A stretch of 12,584 nt of DNA from Elusimicrobiota bacterium. GTDB lineage: Bacteria > Elusimicrobiota > Elusimicrobia > F11. The stretch lies in assembly GCA_046153645.1 (NCBI GenBank), contig JBJXGI010000078.1, forward strand, positions 1-12,584, read 5' to 3'. The notes beneath the pieces are model-generated. The model searched no databases, was not told where the DNA came from, and worked only from the letters and a program-made list of their open reading frames with translations. Below are positions 1 to 7,657 of the stretch, piece after piece. Positions within the stretch are counted from its first letter, which is position 1; the number at the start of each line of letters is the position of its first letter. Position numbers and translations under genes: made by a program.

Positions 1-2182
1 GCAAGTTCTCCTTCATAAGGGTAAAGTGTCTGTTGAGCAGGTTCCCTCCCCACGCGATCATGTTAAAAACTTACTCATAGAAGTTTCTCATTCGCTCATT
101 AGTACGGGGACCGAGATGGCGAGTGTGCATATTTCCGGTGCTTCTTTGATGACCAAAGCCAAAGAACGCCCACAAGAAGTTGCCAAAGTAATTCAATCCA
201 TAAAAGTTCGCGGAATAAAAAAAACTTTTGATTTGGTGAAAGGGAAGTTAGATGAATGGAAACCTCTTGGTTATTCTTGTTCTGGGAAAGTTATTGCTGT
301 AGGGTCCGAAGTTATGGGTTTTCAAGTGGGAGACCGAGTCGCCTGTGCAGGGGCTGGGCTTGCCAATCATGCGGAGGTTGTTTCTGTTCCTGCGAATTTA
401 TGTGTAAAAACACCCACAGGGGTTAGCGATCTTCAGGCTTCTTTTGTGACTTTAGGTGCGATAGCGCTTCAAGGGGTTAGACGAGCAGATGTTAAATTGG
501 GTGAAAATAGCGCTGTTATTGGACTTGGACTTTTGGGGCAAATCACCGTTCAGTTGTTGAATTCTGCTGGTTGTAAAGTGATTGGGATGGATATGGATCC
601 TAATCGAGTTGCACAATCTTTAAAGCTTGGTTTGTTAAAAGGAACTTCTCATTCATCTGAATTTGAACTTATCTCTGATAATTTAACTGCAGGCCGAGGT
701 GTTGATTCCACTATTATCACGGCATCCACTTCAAGTAGTGAACCTACACGACAAGCATTCCGTTTGACTCGTAAAAAAGGAAAAATTGTGGTTGTTGGTG
801 CCGTTGGAATGGATTTGGAACGCTCTCCATTTTATGAGAAAGAACAAGATTTTCTTATTTCTTGTTCTTATGGTCCGGGGAGATATGACTCTTCTTATGA
901 ATTAGAAGGGAATGATTACCCATTTCCTTATGTTCGATGGACTGAGAATAGAAACATGCAGGCCTTTCTTGAACTCATAGAACAGAAAAAAATTAACGTG
1001 GACGTCCTTGCCGAAAAAATTTTCTCCATAGAGCAAGCTGAAAAAGCTTATGAGCTGCTGCAACAAGAAGGGCCTAAGCCATTAGCAGTTATTTTATCCT
1101 ACCCCTCTTCGTCATTCCCGAATGTCTCTGCCTGCCCGCCAGCTGGCAGGCGGGTCGGGAAAGCTCTGGCTCCCCGATTGAAAATTTCGGGGATGACAAA
1201 TCGGATCAAAGTAGGTCTTATTGGACTGGGTAATTTTACGAAAACAACTCATTTGCCCAACTTGAAAGCCCTTTCTAAAGAATGTGAAATTATCGCTTTA
1301 TGCGCTTCATCTGGAGCATCGGCCTTGACTGTTTCTAAACAAATTGGTGTTTCCAAAATTTTTACTGATTACCGAGAATTACTTAATGATGCAGAGGTTG
1401 AGGCAGTGATTATTTCAACTCGACATGATTCCCATGCCACTATCGCGATAGATGCAATAAAAGCTGGTAAAAATGTTTTTATAGAAAAACCACTGGCTTT
1501 AACGATGGAAGAAACTCAACAGATTGAAGAGGCTTTAGCTAAAAAGGATTCGACTCAGGTTTTTATGGTTGGGTTTAACCGTCGTTTTTCACCGAGTGCA
1601 CTTAGTTTGAAAAAAGCATTATCTAAGCGCCAAGGTCCTTTGATGGGAATATTTAGAGTTAATGCAGGCGCTCTTCCTTTAGATCATTGGACGTTATCGC
1701 CTCAAGGAGGGGGACGTCTCCGCGGTGAAGCTTTTCATATGGTTGATTTTTTTCAGTTTTTAGTAGGGAGTAAAATTGCAGAGTTTTCTATTTTGCCTAT
1801 TCAATCAGGGAACAAGGGCGTTCGTCCTGATGAAAATTTTTCAGTTCAAATTCGTTATGAAGATGGATCTCTTATGACGCTTATCTATTCTTCCCTTGGT
1901 TCCTCTAAACTATCTAAAGAACATGTGGAGGTTTTTTGGGATTCTAAGTCCGCTATTATTGATGATTTTAAAACTCTTCAATTTTATGGCGGAGCAGAAA
2001 AAAACAGTTCAGGTATGCTAGATAAAGGGCATATGAATTGTTTAAAAACTTTTTTTGAGGCCATTAAAAATAAAAACGATTTCCCTGTTTCTCTGGAAGA
2101 TTTAATTGAGACAACCAAAATCTGTATTCAAATGGATAACGAAGTCTGGGGAAAACTTGAAACTTCATGTGCGGAATCCTAG
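1..2182 (+). CDS. Bi-domain oxidoreductase (N-terminal MDR/zinc-ADH-like domain + C-terminal Gfo/Idh/MocA domain), 5'-truncated by the window edge
   Basis: Frame is open from nt 2 (QVLLHKGKVSVEQVPSP), resembling the usual MKQV.. N-terminus of this family, so the true start probably lies just upstream of the window rather than at the track's GTG at 26. MDR features: SLISTGTE, PLGYSCSG, GDRVACAG, Rossmann GLGLLG, SCSYGPGRYD..YE, YVRWTENRNM. Gfo/Idh/MocA features: VGLIGLGNF, STRHDSH, VFIEKPLA, VGFNRRFSP. Stop TAG 2180-2182. Confidence 0.9.
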   Translation, partial: QVLLHKGKVSVEQVPSPRDHVKNLLIEVSHSLISTGTEMASVHISGASLMTKAKERPQEVAKVIQSIKVRGIKKTFDLVKGKLDEWKPLGYSCSGKVIAVGSEVMGFQVGDRVACAGAGLANHAEVVSVPANLCVKTPTGVSDLQASFVTLGAIALQGVRRADVKLGENSAVIGLGLLGQITVQLLNSAGCKVIGMDMDPNRVAQSLKLGLLKGTSHSSEFELISDNLTAGRGVDSTIITASTSSSEPTRQAFRLTRKKGKIVVVGAVGMDLERSPFYEKEQDFLISCSYGPGRYDSSYELEGNDYPFPYVRWTENRNMQAFLELIEQKKINVDVLAEKIFSIEQAEKAYELLQQEGPKPLAVILSYPSSSFPNVSACPPAGRRVGKALAPRLKISGMTNRIKVGLIGLGNFTKTTHLPNLKALSKECEIIALCASSGASALTVSKQIGVSKIFTDYRELLNDAEVEAVIISTRHDSHATIAIDAIKAGKNVFIEKPLALTMEETQQIEEALAKKDSTQVFMVGFNRRFSPSALSLKKALSKRQGPLMGIFRVNAGALPLDHWTLSPQGGGRLRGEAFHMVDFFQFLVGSKIAEFSILPIQSGNKGVRPDENFSVQIRYEDGSLMTLIYSSLGSSKLSKEHVEVFWDSKSAIIDDFKTLQFYGGAEKNSSGMLDKGHMNCLKTFFEAIKNKNDFPVSLEDLIETTKICIQMDNEVWGKLETSCAES
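1111..1197. repeat. 87-bp REP/MITE-like composite palindromic element lying in frame within the oxidoreductase linker
   Basis: Terminal inverted repeats GTCATTCCCGAA (1111-1122) / TTCGGGGATGAC (1186-1197), 11/12 match. Internal hairpins TTCCCGA (1115-1121)/TCGGGAA (1155-1161) and TCCCCGA (1171-1177)/TCGGGGA (1187-1193). 53/87 G+C (about 61%) in an AT-rich gene. Confidence 0.8.
1131..1154. repeat. 24-bp GC-rich imperfect palindrome nested inside the larger element
   Basis: CCTGCCCGCCAG|CTGGCAGGCGGG centred on AGCT (1141-1144); 10 of 12 positions Watson-Crick complementary, plus one T.G wobble and one C/A mismatch. Confidence 0.8.
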
Positions 2183-4098
2183 GCCTTTTTAGGACGCAAG
2201 GAGCGTCGTCTGCGTTTAATCCACCTTTAATAGAAAAAATGCGGGATACCATGTCGCATCGGGGTCCCGATGCTTCTGGTCTTTATATTTCTGAAAATCA
2301 AGAAATTGCTTTTGCTCACCGCCGCCTTTCGATTATCGACCTTTCCGCTGAAGCTGTTCAACCCATGTCAAACCAAGATGGATCCCTTTGGATTGTTTTT
2401 AATGGGGAAATTTATAACCACGCAGAGCTTCGTGATGAACTTATAAAAAAAGGTCGCGTCTTTAAAACAGATCACTCTGATACTGAAGTTATTATTAAAG
2501 GTTATGAAGAATGGGGAGAAGGCGTTGTTCACCGTCTCCGCGGGATGTTTGCTTTTGCCATTTGGGATAAAAAGAAAAATCAACTTTGGTGCGCAAGAGA
2601 CCGGATGGGTGTTAAGCCGTTTTATTACACTTTTCATAAGGGAGTGTTTATCTTCGCTTCAGAGATTAAAGCCATTCTTGAGTACCCTGGGATCGAGAGA
2701 AAATGTAATGAAAAAGCATTTTATGATTTTCTCACTTTTTTGGTTGCACCAGCGCCTCATACTTTATTCGAGGGGATTTTTAAACTTCCCTGCAGCATGA
2801 CTTTGACGGTTTTTCCTAATGGGAAAACCAAACAAGAAAAATATTGGAATCCTTTTATGGGAACCACTTCATTTCCCAATAAGTCGGAGAAAGATTGGTG
2901 TGCTGAAATTATTTCTAAATTAAAAGAATCCGTAAAATACCGAATGGTGAGTGATGTTAACTTCGGTGTTTTTTTGTCCGGTGGAATTGATTCCTCAACC
3001 AATGTGGCCTTAATGGCCGAACAAATGAAGAGACCTGTTGAGACTTTTAGTATTGGTTTCGAAGGCGCTGAAAAATTTAATGAACTGGAATATGCGAGAA
3101 AGATTAGTGATAAGTATAAAACCAACCATCATGAATATATTCTGAAAGCCAATGATTTGATGGAGTTTTTACCTAAGCTTATTTTTCATCAAGATGAACC
3201 CATTGTGGACCCTGTTTGTGTCCCTGTTTATTATGTTTCTAAGTTAGCCAAAGATAATGGAACAACCGTCTGTCAGGTGGGTGAAGGGGCAGACGAGCTT
3301 TTTTGTGGATATCCCTATTGGGGGATGGTATTAAATTCTATCCCATGGGTTCGGGCTTTCCAAATGATCCCCTCTGTTTTGAGAAAAGGTTTGGTTCAAG
3401 GACTTATTGCTTCAGATGTTTTACCTTGGAAAAAACAAAGAATGTTGGATGTGTTAAGACGTGCCTCGTATGGTGAGCCTCTTTTTTGGGGTGGAGCGGA
3501 AGCCTATCAAGAAACAAGTAAACATAAGTTATTAAATAAGAATTTCAGAAAACGACTCAATGGGTATTCTTCAGTAGAACCTATATTAAAACTTCACGAA
3601 CAATTCAAAAACGAAGCCCCTGAAAACGCTGATGACCTTCATTGGATGAGTTACTTGGATTTAAATTTAAGATTACCTGAACTTTTGTTGATGCGTGTTG
3701 ATAAGATGTCGATGGCAACAGCCGTTGAAGCGCGTGTTCCCTTTTTAGATCAGGAGTTTGTTCAATTAGCGATGAAAATTCCTCAATCGGTTAAATATAG
3801 AAATAAGACTTTAAAATATTTATTAAAGAAAGCTGTTGAACCCTATTTGCCCAACGATATTATTTATCGAAAAAAACAAGGGTTTGCTGTCCCTGTAGAA
3901 GCGTGGTTTCAAAATAAATATAAAGATTGGGCTGATAAAAAAATAAATTCATTTGCACAAAGGACAGATTATTTTGATCCTGAAGCAGTTGCTGATTTTA
4001 CTCAACATGCCGGTTCTAAAGCTTCTTGGTTTTTGCTCAATTTTATTTTGTGGCATGAAAAATGGATTGAAAATAAACCATTTGATTTTCCACTGTAA
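2167..4098 (+). CDS. asnB: Asparagine synthase (glutamine-hydrolysing) family amidotransferase, probably amidating a sugar/polysaccharide carboxyl
   Basis: N-terminal nucleophile MCGI, HRGPD, HRRLSIIDL, FNGEIYN, SDTEV, GMFAF, RDRMGVKP, FASEIKA; synthetase domain LSGGIDSS, GEGADELF, EARVPFLD, RKKQGF. ATG overlaps the last 16 nt of the upstream gene. Sugar role is inferred from context. Confidence 0.92.
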   Translation: MCGILGLFRTQGASSAFNPPLIEKMRDTMSHRGPDASGLYISENQEIAFAHRRLSIIDLSAEAVQPMSNQDGSLWIVFNGEIYNHAELRDELIKKGRVFKTDHSDTEVIIKGYEEWGEGVVHRLRGMFAFAIWDKKKNQLWCARDRMGVKPFYYTFHKGVFIFASEIKAILEYPGIERKCNEKAFYDFLTFLVAPAPHTLFEGIFKLPCSMTLTVFPNGKTKQEKYWNPFMGTTSFPNKSEKDWCAEIISKLKESVKYRMVSDVNFGVFLSGGIDSSTNVALMAEQMKRPVETFSIGFEGAEKFNELEYARKISDKYKTNHHEYILKANDLMEFLPKLIFHQDEPIVDPVCVPVYYVSKLAKDNGTTVCQVGEGADELFCGYPYWGMVLNSIPWVRAFQMIPSVLRKGLVQGLIASDVLPWKKQRMLDVLRRASYGEPLFWGGAEAYQETSKHKLLNKNFRKRLNGYSSVEPILKLHEQFKNEAPENADDLHWMSYLDLNLRLPELLLMRVDKMSMATAVEARVPFLDQEFVQLAMKIPQSVKYRNKTLKYLLKKAVEPYLPNDIIYRKKQGFAVPVEAWFQNKYKDWADKKINSFAQRTDYFDPEAVADFTQHAGSKASWFLLNFILWHEKWIENKPFDFPL

Positions 4099-4101
4099 AT
4101 T

Positions 4102-6192
4102 GTGAATACAAAGCATATCCTTCATCGTGTTCAGAATATCTCGAAAAAAAACCTTCCTAAACTGCTGCTTATTAAATCCAAAAGTGCGTGGTTCTCTTTT
4201 TTAGAGAGAGAATCATTTCGTGTTTCCTCTAAAAAAGGGGATAAACCATTTTTTAAATTTAAATCTATAAAGCCTCTTGGGATCATCTCCAAAAATATTT
4301 TTTCTTTGGAAGCGCGCGATTCATTTAGAGAAAAATTTCCCACAGAGGTTCGTCAAATAATTCAAGAAGCTGATCAGTATTTAGATTTAACCTTTAATGT
4401 GCTGGGGTCAGGTCCTGTCGATTTTAAAGATTTTCATCGAAGATCGCTGAAATCCATGAATGGGAAAGCGACTTCTTTTGAAGGGCTCATTCCATGGCAT
4501 TTTGATTTTAAATCCAATGTGGGATGGGATTCCAACGCCTTTTACAAAGATCTGAAATTTGGAGATGTTCAAGGGGTAGATGTAAAAGTTCCGTGGGAAT
4601 TGTCTCGCTGTGCCCATTTTATTCGTTTGGGGCAAGCGTATTATCTGACCAATGATGAAAAATATGTAAGAGGCATTTTGTCTCATTGGAAAGATTGGTT
4701 TCATCAAAATCCACTTTACCATGGTATCAACTGGGCATGTCCTATGGACGTGTCTTTGCGCGTTTGCAACTGGATCCTCAGTTGGGAATTTATTTGTCAA
4801 TCAAATGAAATATCTGATGATTTTAAAAAACAGGTTTTAGAATCAATGTTTCAACACGGGATGTACATTTATCGACATTTAGAATGGGGAGGAGATGTTT
4901 CCACCAATCATTATTTGTCAAATTTGCAGGGTCTTCTTTATATTGGCCTCTTTATTGGACATGATAAATGGGTTTCTTTCTCAAAAAAAGAAATAACCAA
5001 AGCTCTTTTTTCACAGACCTTTCCTGATGGTTTTGATTTTGAGGGGTCTACCGCATATCATAGATTGGTTTTAGAAATGTTTTTTTTCAGTTCCTTGGTC
5101 TTGTCAAGAAAAGAATCTGAAGTTCAAAATATTTCCGGAACCTCAAGTGATGACTTATCCAATATTCGGTTCCATTGGGGAGCCCCCTTTGTTGAAAGAT
5201 TAAGACTCATGTTCTCAAAAGCGCATGATTTGATGGATTCACAAGGGATTGTCCCTCTGATTGGAGATAACGATAGTGGTCGAATTCATTCTTTTTTAAC
5301 TCATTCAGATGTTGATTGGCGTTATTTATCGGAATGGGGATATCTGCTTTTTAAAGAGAATGCTTTTCGATTAAACGATTCTTTTCTTTCTGACTATTGG
5401 TGGGTATTTGGTCATTTAAATCTTAATACTTCTGTAGTTGGAGTCTCTTCTCATGAGGACGTTGTGCAGACAAAAGGATCCTCAGGTCTTATTACAATGA
5501 AGGGAAAACGAGACAGACTCATTTTTAATTGTTTACCAAATGGAACTCGGGGAGTAGGAAATCACACCCATAATGATAAATTAAGTTTTTGTCTTTCAGT
5601 TGAGGGGGATCATTTTTTTGTTGATCCAGGAACAGTTTGTTATACGTCTGATCCTGATTTAAGGAACCGAATGAGATCTACTCATTATCATTCCACAGTG
5701 ATGATAGATCAAAATGAGCAAAACAGATTTATTGATGGAAGCTTATTCTCATTGAAAAATGATGCGAAATGTTCTTTTTCTATCAAGCCGGATGGTTTGC
5801 GAGTGGAAGCCAGTCACACGGGGTTCAAGAAGATAGATGGGCACGTCATACATCAGCGTGTTATTGAAAGAGCGACCCGAGAACTAAAATGGAAAATTGA
5901 AGATTCATTTGGTGGATTGGGAGAACATCGTCTTTCTTGGTGTTTTGTATTAGGTCCTCAAATTCACGCAACGTTCAATTCCGCGCAAGAAATTTCATTA
6001 AAGGGTCAAACCGGAACGTTGCAAATATTCTTGAAAGAAAAAGGATTAGATTTAATGTTAGAAGATGTTCCTTTTTCACCCGCCTATGGTGAAGTAATAA
6101 AAACAAAAGCAATTCGAATTACAAAGTGGATGCAGGTTCCTTATCGGTTTGAGTTTGAGGTATTATATAAGAATCAGTATGATATTTCTTAA
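4102..6192 (+). CDS. Heparinase II/III-like (alginate lyase-fold) protein of polysaccharide loci
   Basis: WHFDFKS, DVKVPWELSRCAH, NWACPMDVSLRVCNW, NHYLSN, FEGSTAYHRL, PLIGDNDSG, NHTHNDKLSF, VDPGTVCYT, RSTHYHST. GTG start 3 nt after asnB stop; no signal peptide evident; exact start uncertain. Confidence 0.85.
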   Translation: MNTKHILHRVQNISKKNLPKLLLIKSKSAWFSFLERESFRVSSKKGDKPFFKFKSIKPLGIISKNIFSLEARDSFREKFPTEVRQIIQEADQYLDLTFNVLGSGPVDFKDFHRRSLKSMNGKATSFEGLIPWHFDFKSNVGWDSNAFYKDLKFGDVQGVDVKVPWELSRCAHFIRLGQAYYLTNDEKYVRGILSHWKDWFHQNPLYHGINWACPMDVSLRVCNWILSWEFICQSNEISDDFKKQVLESMFQHGMYIYRHLEWGGDVSTNHYLSNLQGLLYIGLFIGHDKWVSFSKKEITKALFSQTFPDGFDFEGSTAYHRLVLEMFFFSSLVLSRKESEVQNISGTSSDDLSNIRFHWGAPFVERLRLMFSKAHDLMDSQGIVPLIGDNDSGRIHSFLTHSDVDWRYLSEWGYLLFKENAFRLNDSFLSDYWWVFGHLNLNTSVVGVSSHEDVVQTKGSSGLITMKGKRDRLIFNCLPNGTRGVGNHTHNDKLSFCLSVEGDHFFVDPGTVCYTSDPDLRNRMRSTHYHSTVMIDQNEQNRFIDGSLFSLKNDAKCSFSIKPDGLRVEASHTGFKKIDGHVIHQRVIERATRELKWKIEDSFGGLGEHRLSWCFVLGPQIHATFNSAQEISLKGQTGTLQIFLKEKGLDLMLEDVPFSPAYGEVIKTKAIRITKWMQVPYRFEFEVLYKNQYDIS

Positions 6193-6244
6193 TGAAAATG
6201 TGCTGTATAAATTCTGTTGTTAAAGATAAACTTTGTCTTATCAT

Positions 6245-6298
6245 TTCTCATGATAAAAGCATTCGAATAAGTGGATTTGATGCTTTTTATCTTGAGAA
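6245..6298. promoter_or_regulatory. Long imperfect intergenic inverted repeat (stem-loop) of unknown function
   Basis: TTCTCATGATAAAAGCATTCGAAT (6245-6268), loop AAGTGG, ATTTGATGCTTTTTATCTTGAGAA (6275-6298); arms complementary apart from a few mismatches/bulges. No downstream U-tract. Confidence 0.55.
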
Positions 6299-6333
6299 GG
6301 GAAATCTCTTATCGGGAAGTTTTTGAGGAATAA

Positions 6334-7533
6334 ATGAAACAAGTTGATTGTGTTGTTATCGGTGGGGGCGTTATAGGAACAGCAGTTGCGCGTTCTTTCT
6401 TAAAGAATAAAAAAGGAAAAAAGCTACTTTTATTAGAGAAAGAACCGAAGCCCGCTCTCCACACCAGTGGTAGAAACAGTGGGGTTTTACATTCTGGAAT
6501 TAACTTAAAGCCGGGATCTCTCAAGGCAACATTGTGTGTGGAAGGAAATAAAAAACTTCGTGAATTTTGCTTAGAAAAAAAACTCCCATTTGATCCAGTG
6601 GGGACACTGGTGGTAGCTATTAATGATAGTCAGATTCCAATTTTAGAAGAATTAAAAAGGCGTGGTGATGCCAATGGTACCCCCAATGTCCAAATTGTTT
6701 CTCAAAAAGAGCTTGCTGAAAAAGAACCCTATGCTTTAGGAGTGGCTGCGCTCTATTCTCCTTCCGGCGCTATTGCTAGTGGAAAAGAGGTGACCCTGGC
6801 TTTAGCCGATGAAGTCGCTCAATTGGGTGGCGAAATTTTTTTTTCTGAGAAAGTTATCGGTATCGAGGATAAAAACTCAAAATATATCGTCAAAACATCC
6901 AGTCAGGTCATTGAAACAGAAAATTTATTTAACTGTGCTGGTTTATATGCAGATGAAATTGCCCATATGGTGGGTGTGGGGCTTGACTATTCGATTATTC
7001 CCTTCCGTGGAGAATATTTTAAGGTTTCTAATAGCAAGAAAGACTTTATTAAGTCGATGATTTATCCCATTCCCGATCTAAATTATCCTTTTCTCGGCGT
7101 TCATTGGACAAAAATGGTCACGGGAGAATTAATGATTGGTCCGAGTGCAACCATTGCTATGGGGCGAGAGAGTTATAAAAATACACAGATAGGAATAAAA
7201 GATGTTTTTAGTATGATTACAAAACGTAATTTTTGGAATTTATTTAGGACAGAAGATTTTCGACGACTTGCTAAAACTCAAATCGCTCTATCCTTTAGTA
7301 GAAAAAGATTTATTGCTGAGGCACAGAAGTTAGTTCGTGGTTTTGAGGTTTCAGATTTTGTTATGGGGAAAAATGGAAATAGAGCCCAATTGGTTAGATC
7401 GAATGGAAAATTAGTTGATGATATGATTGTCGAAAAAAAAGGAAATTCCGTACATGTTCTCAATGCGGTTTCTCCCGGTTTTACTTGCGCTCTTCCCTTC
7501 GCTGATTATTTAATCGATCAAATGTTTAATTAG
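6334..7533 (+). CDS. lhgO: L-2-hydroxyglutarate oxidase (LhgO)-like FAD-dependent oxidoreductase
   Basis: FAD motif VVIGGGVIG, LLEKE, HTSGRNSGVLHSG, PGSLKA.LC, NCAGLYAD, IIPFRGEY, IYPIPD..YPFLGVH.T, G.RAQ, HVLNAVSPG.T; 399 aa; RBS GAGGA at 6325-6329. Substrate not established from sequence. Confidence 0.82.
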   Translation: MKQVDCVVIGGGVIGTAVARSFLKNKKGKKLLLLEKEPKPALHTSGRNSGVLHSGINLKPGSLKATLCVEGNKKLREFCLEKKLPFDPVGTLVVAINDSQIPILEELKRRGDANGTPNVQIVSQKELAEKEPYALGVAALYSPSGAIASGKEVTLALADEVAQLGGEIFFSEKVIGIEDKNSKYIVKTSSQVIETENLFNCAGLYADEIAHMVGVGLDYSIIPFRGEYFKVSNSKKDFIKSMIYPIPDLNYPFLGVHWTKMVTGELMIGPSATIAMGRESYKNTQIGIKDVFSMITKRNFWNLFRTEDFRRLAKTQIALSFSRKRFIAEAQKLVRGFEVSDFVMGKNGNRAQLVRSNGKLVDDMIVEKKGNSVHVLNAVSPGFTCALPFADYLIDQMFN

Positions 7534-7547
7534 GCGTTAAAATAAAT

Positions 7548-7576
7548 TTGACTAAAACAAGAAAAACAAGTATGTT
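7548..7576 (+). promoter_or_regulatory. Putative sigma70-type promoter for the downstream block
   Basis: -35 TTGACT (7548-7553), exactly 17-nt spacer, -10 TATGTT (7571-7576; conserved T, A and final T present), A/T-rich upstream tract. Confidence 0.6.
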
Positions 7577-7590
7577 CAATATATGAACAT
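7572..7590. promoter_or_regulatory. Perfect 7-5-7 palindrome, candidate repressor operator
   Basis: ATGTTCA-ATATA-TGAACAT overlapping the predicted -10 box and transcription start region. Confidence 0.5.
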
Positions 7591-7657
7591 TATAGTTCTT
7601 TTGAGAAAATGAAATGATTTCTAGAGGTAATTTAAAAAGTATTTGAGAGGGAGGGGT

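Noticed and set aside
26..28. Track start (GTG 26) for the first ORF
   Set aside because: The frame is open from nt 2 with family-like N-terminal residues and no convincing RBS at proper spacing; the true start is probably just outside the window.
2167..4098. asnB as a housekeeping asparagine biosynthesis gene
   Set aside because: Translationally coupled within a polysaccharide locus, where AsnB paralogs usually amidate sugars; cannot be excluded from sequence alone.
6245..6298. Stem-loop as a rho-independent terminator
   Set aside because: AT-rich long stem with no U-tract following on the + strand; retained only as an unexplained structure.
6303..6318. AATCTCTTATCGGGAA resembling part of the 1111-1197 element
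   Set aside because: Only a 7-nt exact match (TCGGGAA) with no partner arm or terminal repeat; consistent with chance.
6836..6844. Homopolymer runs (T9 here; A8/T8 at 217-224, 4144-4151, 5080-5087, 7433-7440, 7803-7810) as phase-variation tracts
   Set aside because: A/T runs of 8-9 are expected in AT-rich DNA, all frames are intact, and there are no long G/C tracts.
7574..7598. GTTC/GAAC motifs as a LexA SOS box
   Set aside because: Spacings (GTTC-N7-GAAC, GAAC-N6-GTTC) do not match the LexA boxes I know (GAAC-N4-GTTC, GTTC-N7-GTTC, TGTTC-N4-GAACA); regulator left unassigned.
7643..7657. Track start (TTG 7643) for the PLP enzyme
   Set aside because: The extra codons (MRGRG) are simply the purine-rich RBS of ATG 7658.
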